Shown here one piece after another: positions 47,289 to 59,950 of a stretch of DNA of 64,000 bases (the stretch's first letter is position 1; each line of letters begins with the position of its first letter). The stretch spans positions 9,647,271-9,711,270 of the forward strand of contig BFEA01000003.1 of assembly GCA_003427395.1 (NCBI GenBank), given 5' to 3'. A program made the position numbers and the translations under genes. The notes beneath the pieces were generated by a model. The model saw only the letters and a program-made list of their open reading frames with translations. It was not told the DNA's origin and ran no database searches. This DNA comes from Chara braunii. Lineage: Eukaryota > Plantae > Charophyceae.

Positions 47289-50200
47289 TCTGCCGTTCAG
47301 GGCAATGCCGAGGCATACGACAAGCTGCAGGAGATCAAAATCTTCTGGCTCGAGGAGAGGTCATNNNNNNNNNNNNNNNNNNNNNNNNNNNNNNNNNNNN
47401 NNNNNNNNNNNNNNNNNNNNNNNNNNNNNNNNNNNNNNNNNNNNNNNNNNNNNNNNNNNNNNNNNNNNNTGGATGTGTATCATATCAGTCTGCCGTTCAG
47501 GGCAATGCCGAGGCATACGACAAGCTGCAGGAGATCAAAATCTTCTGGCTCGAGGAGAGGTCATTCAACATGGAGGAAACTACAGCTGTCGCTATGTCCG
47601 TCTGTAAGGAACTGCATGCATCTGGGCATTTGGAACAATACCAGAGGGGATGGAAGGCTCTCTTGGGCATCAATGTGGTGCAGGACCCTAGTACTGCATT
47701 TAAGTGTTTTCATAGGCTGTCGCGGAAGCAACATGCTCACGAGCTTTCCCGAGGCTGGATCCAATTTGTCCTTGGGCTTTGTTATCTAGAAGGGCAAGGA
47801 ACAAAGCAGGATGTTGAAAAAGCGAAGAAATATCTCAAGCTGGCATTGAACGCCAACATCATGATTGCACGTGATGCATGGAGTGATCACAAGCAGCGGG
47901 CATGCCAGAAGAATGCAGCAGCAGCAGACAATAGCGTTGCAGGTGGGCAGTTTAATGGCAGCATCCAGCAGAGGGAAAATGGTAGCACCCACCGAAGTGC
48001 AAGAGCGCCCCCTGACGTACCCGTAGCACAAAGAAACTATGCACAGACTGGCTGCCAAGATGTTCTGTTGAGGAATGACCCAAGTGGGGATGAATCCACC
48101 ACCACCTCGTCAAAGATCGAAGGGCTCGTGTGTGCTCGAAGAATGGTAAAGTCAAAGGATGCTGGAAAGAGTCGAAGCATCAGAGGCGGCACACTCCAAG
48201 ATGCCATACAGAGGTTTCAGGATCCGATTGCTGTGGAAGATAGCATGCTCGGTCTGCCTGTGATTTATCTTCTAGAACATTGTAAGGGTGTCCCGTCGTT
48301 GGCGAAGTACAAATCGCTGATTGAAAGGGTTATTGCCTATAAGGTCGACAGGAGTGACAGGGAAATTTTGAAGAAGGTAGTGGGTGGTAATCGATTGTTC
48401 CTGGAGTTCTTTTCTTATTTCCAGCAGGTATTTCTTAAGGTCATCACGGAGGCAAAAATAATGACAGGCAGAGTCACAGGAGGCCGAGCGCGCGCAGAAA
48501 TGAGCAATACAACAGCGATTTGGAAGATGTCTTTCAGAAATGGCTGTGGGCCAAATGGTATGTCAGGTGCTACTACAACACATCGCAACTCGGGAAAAAG
48601 TGCCATAGAATCCTGGACCGTGCAGGCGGCGGAACAACTTTCTAACTTGGCAGGCATGTGCCCAATGTTCCACCAAGTGTTGGTGGAAGTCGCTCTTGTA
48701 CTGATAATTTGCAGGAAAGAAAACATAGTTGCTATCCATGGGCGTGCATTGGAAGGCAAGATAGCACAGACAAACCCATCCTTTGGCCTGAACAACAAGA
48801 ACACTAAGCTTTTGCCAAATAACATGAATCCCCTTATCAAAGAGCTGGTTTTGTATCATGTTAGGAGTATACTGCAGGCAGTTGCAGATGGACGGTTCTC
48901 GCAGGGCTCTTCTGGATCTGACTGGGATGGAAGCTTTCTCCAATTCAAGCTTGTCCGTGAGCTTGTCAATGTGGCCTTCGGGGAGACGGGCGAGGACTGG
49001 CATCAAACCCAATCAAGGATGGGCACACACGGCCACGTGGAAGTCGGCAATTCAGATGAGATAGTGGTGGTGGAGGAGGAGGAGGAGGAGGAGGAAAAGA
49101 AGGGTCGGAAGGAGAAGGGAAGCTGTAATGTGAATGTCCTCAGTGTCGAGTCTCGAGAACAGGCAGTTGTGAAGGAGAGATCAACAGCAGGTGTAAAGTC
49201 TCCAACTGCACAGGTCACTCTCTGGCACAGGGTGGGCGCAAAATCTGCCAGGACAACAACGACGGTACTGGGGGCACAAGGCCGGGAGGAGAATGGCAAA
49301 GAGAAGGAGATTGTGGCCGTAGAGGAGGAGGAGGAGGAGGAGGAGCCTCCAATTGCACTGCCCATTCTGCAGCAGAGGGTGGACGCAAAAGCTGCAAGTA
49401 CAACACAGACAATACTGGGGTCACATGGNNNNNNNNNNNNNNNNNNNNNNNNNNNNNNNNNNNNNNNNNNNNNNNNNNNNNNNNNNNNNNNNNNNNNNNN
49501 NNNNNNNNNNNNNNNNNNNNNNNNNNNNNNNNNNNNNNNNNNNNNNNNNNNNNNNNNNNGGGGGAGGAGGGGGAGGAGGGGGAGGAAAGGAAGGGCCGGA
49601 AGGAGAAGGGAACTCGTCATTTGAATGCCGTTGGTGCCGAGTCCAGGGAATGGAGAATTGTGAACAAGAGATGGATGGCAAGTTTGAAGCATCCAATGGC
49701 ACCGATCACTCTGCAGCACAGTGCAGATGAAATTGCTGCCAGAACCAGGAAGAGGTTACTGGAGGGACGAGGTTGGGAGGATGATGATAATGTGTGGGAG
49801 ATTGTGGCGACGGAGGAGGGCGATCAAGAGAGGAAGAGCGGGAGGGGGAAGGGAAATATTTTGAACATCATCGACGTCGGGTCCAGAGGACGTGGCCTTC
49901 TGAACAACAGGTTGACAACAAGTTTGAAGTCTCCAATGGCACCAATGACTCTGCAGCACAGCGTGGATATGAATACTGCAAGTTTGGCGGGGACATTGTG
50001 GTCATGGTCTGCCTATGCGACCCGGGGGGAGAGCATTTGCACACATTGCGGCAGGCCGGCTAGTACGTCGATGCCATCAGTTGCACCAGGTGCTCACCGG
50101 CACAGCTTGCGAGAGGGCCCAAGCAGGCACAGAACACCAGTCCTGGCCGCTTCTCGGGCTCGACCCGCTACTAGTTTGAAACGCCAGGACAAAAGACACA

Positions 50201-50682
50201 CCAAACCAACAACAGGGGCGTCGAGGCTCCCAGTTGCATCAGCCAGGAATCACCTGTGCAAGCTTGAGAAAGATATTGTGCCAGCGGCCTCCGGGGAGCA
50301 CAGCTGGGGTCAACAGATTACACCTGCTCCGGCCACAGGGGAGTGGCACATGGACAGAGAAAGTCCAGCCATTCAATGGGCAGTTTGCCTAGACGAGGAT
50401 TGTGGTTCAGATTGCTGTAGCCGATCACCTGTGGATGACAATACTGAGCTAGAATTATCAGGGACGAATGGGATCGCCAGTAGGTCTTTGCGAGTATCAA
50501 GAAACCGTCCTTCAGTTTACAGCATGTGTGATGCATCACACAATTGTGAAGTGTCGCATGAGCCACGGAAGACTGGAAGGTCCTCTCATGCACTTGCGCC
50601 TGAACTAAAAGAGCTACCATGTTTCAGCAAACATCATCAGGCTGACCACCAGTATAGGAGAGCCAGAGATCACAGGCATTGA
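47289..50682 (+). CDS. Large final exon of the Sel1-repeat protein gene (contains two assembly gaps)
   Basis: Acceptor catatcag| joins LLHK to SAVQGNAEAYDKL; IQFVLGLCYLEGQGTKQDVEKAKKYLKLA is a Sel1 repeat; >600 open codons. After the gap at 49429-49559 the repeat-matching frame continues into ORF 49621-50682. Confidence 0.75.
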
Positions 50683-53600
50683 GGCAAGACATCATGCAGA
50701 TACATGGATTGCACGCCAAAGCAGTTAAGGGGTATTCTTTTGTTGAAATGAAATGATGACTGATAATGGAATTCTTTGTTGACTTTTCCATGCTGTTCAA
50801 GAGATCTAGTTGGCCTTTCGAGAGCAGAAGAGATGAAAGAATACTGAAAATTTCATCCTCCCTAGTTATCCAAGTGACACCCTGTGCACTAGAAGCAATA
50901 GAAACCAAGTCCCGAGGGGCCGTGTAGATCATCAACAGCATCATGCTGCATGTCCCGTGCTGCCATGCATACTCAATGAAGGAGTATAGATGAGATATTA
51001 TTAAAACCGGCATTCAAATAGACGGTCCTATCGCCAAGGACTTACACAGATGTAGAGTTTCCTTGCCGTCAGACTTCAAATTTCTAGGGAAGAACTTGGT
51101 TCGCATAGACTGGTTCTTACGGGCAGTGTTTGTACATCAAATCTAGCACCACCACCATAGCCAGAGACCAGTAGACTCAGTCTCTCTCTTCTTATAGCTG
51201 CAGTCTATTCTAAGTTTTCTCCAGCCACGAACTTCATCCTGGGTTTGTACATCCAATAAATATGATTTTGGTCCATCTACAATGGCCCATGCTTGCAGGT
51301 AGAGGTTTGCACAGCTTCACAGCCAGTCCTCTGGTCACACAGGCTTGACAGACAAAGCCTTATACATTCAAAGTTTTCCAGCGAAAGGCAAAGACATGCG
51401 CAGTGCTGCTCTAATCTGAACAGGGCTTTGTACCATGAGAAGAATAAGATTGAAGGAGGCTTCCTGTGGTTAATGCTCCATGCTCAAAGGGAGAGAGTAA
51501 CAGTGACTACCGGTAGGAGTGAAGGGGAAGAACAGGAGGACGAGTCGGCGAAGGAGAAGACTGAAAGAAACAGGCAACCAGATGGTAAGAAAAAGGTTAT
51601 CTTTTGCCACCATCGCGCAATAGCAGGCTAACCAGAGTCTGAGTCTTGAGAAAGAGGGGGGGGGGGGCGAAAGAGAGAGGAAAGAAAGGGGCAGTTAGTT
51701 GAGGAGGCCTGAGGACAATGCGAGGAGCACCGCGGGCGCTCGAACTAAGAGCATAAGCATTGTTTACTATTGTTTGCGATTGCTTACGACAGCGAACATA
51801 GGAGTCTTTAGTTTTTGGTGGAATCCCAGGAATTGTCAATTTGTAATCAGCAGGTTTCAGTCTGTCGGAGTTGTGTACACTGCCCCCGCTTTGACAAATG
51901 TGGGGTTCTTTTGTGGGGGTATGCACTACCCCAATTTGTGCAAATATTGCGACAAGTCCTGCGCTGCCACAATCTTAGAGGGGCAGTGCGGTCTGCGATG
52001 TCCGAATCCGTGCACCTGGTGATGCAGCGGCAAACCAAGCAGGTAATCCCAAGACTGTGAGAGCATGTGAGGGAGGATAAGGCCTAGCAGGAGTGATGGA
52101 AGAGTGCTGAGGGGTTGGTGTGAACGATGCCTACTGTAGAGTTGTAAACACCGACACTCCAGGGGGGCGGGGGGGGGCGCATAACTGTACGAACAAGGCC
52201 GTATTCAGCAACCGGGGGCCCAGTGAGTGATGATGTGGGATGGCTGTCTCATCAGAAAAGGCAGCACAGGAACATCTCTCCTATTCGTACGTTCTTCTGT
52301 CACTTCTGTGTCAAAGTCGCTTGATGTACCCGCCCACAAGGAACGTACAGACCACAGGAGTTCAGAGGCTTCCATGGAGATAAATGTGTGGGTCCATCTG
52401 CTTGACCTGCCTGGATACTTTGGAAAGAATACCCACCATGTCCACATGGTCGCACCAGCACGGGCAAGTTGGTGTTTCTAGCTGCCATGCATAGGGAACG
52501 GGAAATGTCGGACAGTATGCACCAAGATGGACTTGTGGGACAAATTCAGAATGTGCCTTCGTTCAGCGCTCTCTCAGGATCAGCTCCGGTCGTAGCCCCA
52601 TACTTATGTGAGTTTTATTTCGGCGTCATTTGGTTTTAATAATAAGCCTATTGAGAAAATGGACTCGGAATTTAATCTACGCTTAACGAGATAAGGACAA
52701 GTATACACTCTAAAAATTCAGAATAAGGTAGCACCCTTTCTGCCTTAGGAGTTCAGCTATAGGGGACTTGGAGTTTGGTCTATGCTGAGCAAGATAAGGA
52801 TAAAGGATACACTCTTAAGTTTAGAATCAGGTAGCAGCGTTAGGAATTCAGCTATAGGGTCATCAGGCTTTGAGACCGGGCCGAAAGCTTAGGCTGGTCC
52901 AATAGCTCGAGTTGTAAGTTGGGGCGTAAGTGGCAGGACCACCTAGTCTGATTGTTCTTATTGCTATTCGTATAACCTTGTGCCATAGATGACGTGTCTA
53001 GGGGGCGCAGGTACTTTCCGGCGAATGAAACCGGTATGTCATTTTTTCCTTTTCTCTTTCTGTACAGGACATAGAGGCCGCTATTTGGTTTCGATCATTC
53101 GTGTTCCTACATTCCGGCTCGTTGCAGGCTGGAATCAGCCCTTTTGAGTTTGGAAATCCCAAGACTACTACTAGGTAGCCCATGTGCATGATCTGTAATG
53201 CAGAGCGCCAAGCAGATTGTCAGCAGCCTGGGGTAGTCTCTGGATTTCCCAACTTCAGTGGGCTATTTTTGTCCTTTCGCATTCTGGAGATGCCTCTCCA
53301 GGCCATTAGAGTGGTTTTTGAACCTTTTTTGCCTTTCTCTGTCCATCATCTGACCTTGACCAATTCTCTCTAAGCTGTCCTAAGAGTTTGTGAACCAGCA
53401 GCACAGGGTACCTACGAGAAGAATGACGAAACTCTAGGGTGCAGGTAGCAGCTATGGTGCTGCTGCATGAGTGTTTCTTCAATCGTCTGTCCTGCACAAG
53501 GTACCGGCTGTAGTGGTGGTGTCTCGTCAGTCTTCTGATCCGCCGTAATTCTTCGCAAGCTGTGCTAAGGGTGTGTCAACATGTATAAGTGACTCGCTGG

Positions 53601-55598
53601 AGGGAGTGGTGGCGCTGCCCGAGTGTTTCTTCATTCTTCTCAGCTGCCACAATCTCTGCAAGCTCTGATATGGTTGTGTGGGGCTGCACAAGGTACCAGC
53701 TGTAGCAGTGGTGCTGCTTGAGCGTTTATCATCACTATTACGCACCGGGTTATTCTTGGCGAGTTACACTAAGGGTTCCTGGAGCTGGAACAAGGGCAAA
53801 AAGCTGGAGCCGGAAAAGGCTCGAGCTACAGTGCGGAAGCCCCCATCACCTGCAGTTGCATGCAAAAGAACGGCAATGGGAGCTGCAGGTGCTGAGCCCC
53901 AGTAGCAGGGGGCGGATTCAATGAGCTCCAGCACGGCTACTGTATTTGCCCTGATAGAATGCAGGACACTTTTCATTGGCGTATCTGGCCAGAGAATGGC
54001 TGCAATACTGCAATAATGGTGCCAGATACAGCTATGACATCTGATTGTCTTCTACAGGGAAGAAGATCATAGGGAGAGGAGCAATGAGCAGAGAGAGACA
54101 CTGAGGAGTAGGAGTAGGACGAGGAGGAGTGCGCTCTTAGCAATGAGTAGGGAGGTACACTAAGGAGGAGGAGGAGGGGGGGGGTTGTTCTTAGTGACAA
54201 TGATGTGACCATATTCAGTAGTTCTTGGTGACATTTGCTGGGGAGCATCAATTTCAAGTTTCAACAATTTGTACAGTGTTATGTTCCACCTATATTTTCG
54301 ATGTTCAAGAGTAATATAGTTCTGTAAAATGTGTGCATGGTCCAGTTCCTTCAGGAGGTGGAGTAAGGTCCTGGTGGGGAGGAGGTAGCAGCTTTTCTGT
54401 AATTTCCCTCTTTTGTGCAATCATCCTGTGTGTGCCACTTCATCTCTCATGTCATACGCATGGTAGTAGGACTTTCCTCACTGCGTCTGACCTCAATTGC
54501 GGCCAGGTCCGGCCAGGGACGTGCAATTGTGAACATGTCCTTGACGTCTCATCACGTATTCCTTATGATACTTGGGTCGCCACTACGCACTCAGGTGCTA
54601 AATAAATGTACGGACATGTATGTATGTGAAGCCCTCTGTGATTGAAAATTGATGCTTCAAAAAAAAAGAAAAGAGAGAAAATATGTTTCTGCGTGGATTT
54701 TACCCCTCACAGAGGCCATTTAGACCGCGCCCGCACCCTCACAGTATTGGAGATGGCCTGGCGGGCTCAGGGGACCGGTAGCCCTGAGCCTGGCGGGCAA
54801 CTTCAGGGTCTGCAGCTAGTTGAGCTGTGTGACCGGGCTCTCTACTGGGCGGTGAGGCCCTCTCTGGCTGCCGTGTCACGCATGGCCTCTTACAATGAGA
54901 GCGCAACAACCAGCCAAGGCCACGTTGCACAGTTGAGCGACGGTAACTGTTGGGCCCTGGGCGCAGATCCTGGGTCTGGACATGTAGCTACTGGGTACCA
55001 GCCACGTCCAGCCAGGTCCAGTCAGGGGCTGTCCACGCAGCCAGCACTTTCCATAAAGGAAAGTGCTCGCGGCCAGGAAAAACATTCTGGCTTGCAGAAG
55101 CTGTGTGAGCCCTGCCTCCACGAGAGGTTGATCAGGCAGGGTGCTGTCCAGGTGTGGTGCTTGAAGCAGTGATGCATATCGGCCATAGCTGGGCCTATCG
55201 TGCTGCTGCCGATGGGGGTTGATGAGGGTCCTTGGCGAGGGACAGAGAACAGTGGGAGGTTGGGGGGGTGAAAGAGAGAGAGAAAGAGTAAAGAGACTCG
55301 CGTACCTGGTGTACGTGTGGAGGTCTGCATGGGCAACATCTTCATGTGCATCGAGCTGCTATCGAAGTGCTTCCTGGTTGCATCATTTAGTTGGTAGGCT
55401 AGTATAGGTGTCGTGGGATCGTAGTTTGGGCGTTGGGCGCCATATGAGAAGCTGATCTCCTAGGCGCGGCCCTACACCAGTTGACTAGGACCTTCGGTTT
55501 AACCACGCGACGTCTTTGCAGCAACACGGGTCGTAAACATGCCTCAGACCTAGTCCCTTGTCTGCACCTCGTCCCATAACTTGTTCAGTGACTGAACA

Positions 55599-56371
55599 GT
55601 TGGCCGCCACCCATGCGGTTCTGCATAAGTAGCACGACAGCGTGGGTGGCATAATAGCAGCCAGTCATGCATGAGAGTGTGAACAGCAATATGGTGGCGT
55701 GTTATGTGGTACCCATGACCACGCGACCCTCTATTTTATCGAGGGTTGCATTTGACACTCAAGTGTAGGCTGACATGTGTATTGAGAGGTTAACCTCTTA
55801 GCGCCGAAAAATCGTGGATGCGGTTGCACACCCTACCCTCTTCTGCACCCTGCGTTGAGGGCTGGGCAGGGCGACTCTATCGATAGGGAGCCTTAGGATG
55901 CTGGCAACAACACCCCAACCTTCCTATTAGTACATCGACATCCCACCAAACAACTGAACGAGGAAACCGTGCTGTAAGCCCCATCGGGGTCGCATGGCGG
56001 CTAGGTCACTGGCCACCTTATGACGCTCTTTTATTATTATTATTATTTTTTTAGGGAAAGCCTTGGCTGTCTACTAGAAGGGGTGATACGAGCAGCCCCC
56101 ACTAGTAGTATCAACGCAGGGTGACGAAGAGGGTAGGGTGTGCAACCACATCCACGATGTGTCGGTGCTAAGAGGTTAACCTCTCAATACACATGTCAGC
56201 CTACACTTGAGTGTCAAATGCAACCGTCGATACCATAGCGGGTCGCGTGGTCATGGGCACCACATAACACGCCGGCATATTGGGTGCTCACGCTCTCATG
56301 CATGACTGGTTGCTATTACGACGCCCACACCGCCGTCCTACTTATGCAGAACTGCACGGGTGGCGGCCAAC
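55599..56371. repeat. Long inverted repeat: ~260-bp arms (55599-55858 and 56111-56371), ~250-bp spacer
   Basis: Arms are reverse complements at roughly 88% identity, including a ~59-bp perfect core. Confidence 0.92.
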
Positions 56372-58955
56372 CTTGTGATGCTCGGGCATTGGCTACGAGG
56401 TTTCGTGGAAGGCCTTCCCTCGCGATAGCACGCGACCGTATGGAGGGTCGCTCGGGCCTCATGATGGGTCTGCCCTAGGGCACCTCATAACGGGACAACG
56501 GTGAGCACTCTCGCATCATGAGCTAACTCGTGGACTGGGAAAAAAGGTTTAGAGTTCCTGTCAGCGACCCATTCACCCAAACACAAATGGACAGGCAACC
56601 ATCTCTTGACACTCTCGCTCCCCTAAGTAAGGTGTGTGTCGAGGGGTGATCCCTCTCAACCCTGTTAGGTGCCAGCCTGACGATGGTACGGCTGCGGCCC
56701 GTCAGGCCAAGCGCAGTCAGAGGTAAAGGGGGAATGCCACATAGGCAGGGGGGTTGTGTGGCATCAGGTAGTCACTCTCACAGTCATATTTGTGGCTTGT
56801 CCATCAGCAACAACTCAGCAAATCCACACAAATTTCATGAATCCATCCATGCTTACAGTACATACCTGTGCACACATTCCAACAATGCCATACACAATAC
56901 GCGGACGTGGTCAATCCCTACCTTGTCCCACACACCCCTTTCCAACCCTCTTTCAGCAATGACACCACCCAAATCACACATTCGCTAAGCCCCTGCATGG
57001 ACCATTCAAGGAAAGCCTAGTGGGAGTACCCTTAGGGGGAATGTCATTCATCAACAGAGTTTAGACACTCGGGTGCGCGTTTCAAAGTAGGGTGAAGGTT
57101 GAGTTGCAAACCGACCTTCTATCAATTGATAGCAGAAGATCATGATTCTCGCAGAATCAGTCCGAGGTCAGTCAGCCCTCCAATCGTTTGAACGGCCTGC
57201 ATCACAGTACAGGCCAAGCCCCCGTTGGCATTCTCTCTAGTCAGGGTAATTGCCAAATTCTACGGGCCCAAAATTAAACTTTAAACTACCTTCTACTAAG
57301 TTAGTAAATATTTTGGTAGCACTTCCCTTAGGAAAGTAGACTCCCAAAATTCCTACTAACCCAAATTGAATGAAAGTCAACCCTGCGGCCGCTGGAAACC
57401 TGTCGTAGTGGCTGAAAGTCAACCACCTCGAATAGAAAACCTGTTGTAGCGACCCAACTCCGCTGCTACAATCAGAAGTTAACTCCTGCCACCAGGAGTT
57501 TGCTGCGGCTTCCCCAAGGTCTGTTGCAGCAGCTCGAAACCACTTGTGTCAATCCTTCCAGCCAGCAGTTTGGTGTGAACTTAATCAGTAGTTCGCTGAG
57601 AACTGCCGGCGGTTTGCTGAAAGAGCAGTCACAATCCACTGAAGACCCATCCGAAAAGAACAGCGACTGCACAGACCTCACGGATGCAACGGCAGCGCAA
57701 GATCTGAGGGAAACGGCAGCTTTATGACCTCATACCTCGAAAAGAGAACCAGCAACTACACAGATCTGGGGGGGGGGGGGGNGGACAGNGGTTGTGCAGA
57801 TCCGAGCGAGGCAGCAGCACTGTGCCTCAGCAGACAGTCGCTGCCGGAAGACGAGCCCAACAATACATTGACAATGGACAACGTTTCTATCGTGAAGCAG
57901 TACTCCAAGGCTGAGAGTCGCCGCCCCACGCTGCTTGCGCCGACCTGAATTCCACCTGAACAGCCATAGTCCTTCCCACCTTCCACTTCTAATACATCTA
58001 GCCGCCACTCCTTCAGTCTGAAGCCCGTAGCATCCTTCACCGCTTTCTCAGTCGAAGATGCACCTTGGCCATTGGGCACATCGTCCACTACATCTATGGT
58101 TGATTCCTCCCGCGCGCACGCTGTCCACTGTCTGCACTAAGATCCTACTCGATAAGCTTCAGTACTTCTTTCACTCACACGTTGGATCTTTCCCGATCTG
58201 ACCACGCCGAACCCGGGTCAAAGTTGTGCCTTGGCCACACAGTGCGCCATCAACTACGAACAAGGTCACCCACCTTCGGTCTGGCCCGTCACTTCCCCAA
58301 GTAGCCGCACCTTTGGCGCACGATCGAACTCAGCCTTCTGTTGGCGCGGGCAACCAATCATTTTGTCGGCAACGATCAATCATAAAAGTGAATAGGGTAT
58401 AACTTATAAGAAAGCACAAATATAATCGAAGTGTGGACAAGCAAAAATAAATAAAACGAACACACTTGAAAAGGGATTAACAAGCGCGGCGGCATGGCGG
58501 AAACCGTTGATTGTCCTATCAACCCATACGGCCAGAGGCAATCCGATCACCTTTTACGCATCGCAGTAATGCGGGCCCACACACACCCCCTAACCTAGCT
58601 CTACTTACTCTGGCTGTTCCGTGCCCAGTGGCTCAAGCGCGAGTCTCCCAAAAAGGGTGCAACACTGTGTCAGCTAGCGTCAAAAACGCACCTCGTGCGA
58701 CCTGCATAAATCTGGGCAAATACCCTTCTAAGGGTATTTTCTCTGACAGCGCTCAACGCCCATACTACAATTGGGTAGCACCTATCAACCTAGACTCTAA
58801 ATTGACGACAACAGGTCTTCATGAAAGTTCAGCAGCCAGCTGACTAACAAAGACTCCAACTGTAGAGGCCCGCTCATCACCACCAGGTAAGGGCGTCGTT
58901 AGACACTCCTCAGGGCATCCTCGGGCTCCGAGGATGAATCCTTGGAAAAGTTTAG

Positions 58956-58957
<2 letters not shown>

Positions 58958-58986
<29 letters not shown>

Positions 58987-59950
58987 GAAAAACACGGGCC
59001 CAGTGCCCAAGGCTTATATTTCCAAAAAACATTCGAGGCCGGGGTCCCCACAGTCTACCCGGTATGAACCTCTGGAGCATTACCAGTTTCGCTTACAGTC
59101 AGGGCAACTCCTGCGATTCTAAATAAAGTTTGGAACTCAAATTGCTCCGTCGGGAGCAGGCTCAAACCTTAATCCCTTTCTTCCCTCAGTCCTCTTCACT
59201 CATCGAGCGCCAGATAACCGTTTTTCTAGACTTAGTGGAAGAACCTCCTGACGGATCTGGGACTAGTCTGACCAAGTTCTCTTTTCCTCAATATTCCTGG
59301 GTCACTATCTGAACACTGATTTTACCGCTGTCCTCATTAACACTCAAACCCAACCTCTTTGCTTCCCACAGGTTGCTCATGGCGGCCTAGGGCCCCATAG
59401 CCATGGGGACAGGGAGATTCCTCCATCTCTTTTCCTAGTCACTAATCTTCCGTCCTTTCCCCATGTGCTGAAAAACCTCATATATGTAGCCCCAGCAGTC
59501 TTTAGCTTCTGACTTTTCCTCCAGTCTGCCCATATCATAGCTCTGATATTCCCAAGGACCGTCTGCAGAATGAAACAGTCCGAATAAAACCTCTGCCTAA
59601 AAAGTCTGTCATTTCTGATTTTCCATATAACATTCATTATAGCTGCTCTCACCGCAACAGCTATGTATCCCCAAGCTTTGGATTCCGAGAACCCCTGGGG
59701 AAGAACACCGTTTAGGATGAAGGCCTTGTCCCAGCGTATGCCATCAGGACCAATTTTCTCCCAATGATTGCACCACCACATCCAAATACGCTTGGATTCA
59801 ATGCAGTCCCACCACAGATGCTGAGAGGTTTCCTCACTTTTTCTACATCTGCAGCATAACTCAGGGACCTGCATATTCCTCCTTCGCAGCCATGCGGCCG
59901 TCGGGACCGCTCTGTGCGATTGCAACCACGCCAGGCTAGAGAATTTCACC
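58958..59950 (-). mobile_element. 5'-truncated L1 with poly(A) tail and open zf-RVT C-terminal frame
   Basis: Poly(T) 58958-58986; ORF 59377-59949 with CCRCRKSEETSQHLWWDC and VIWKIRNDRLF. Confidence 0.9.

Noticed and set aside
50700-55500. Short ORFs including 54642-55172 as genes
   Set aside because: No motif, consistent splice structure or domain could be supported from sequence alone.
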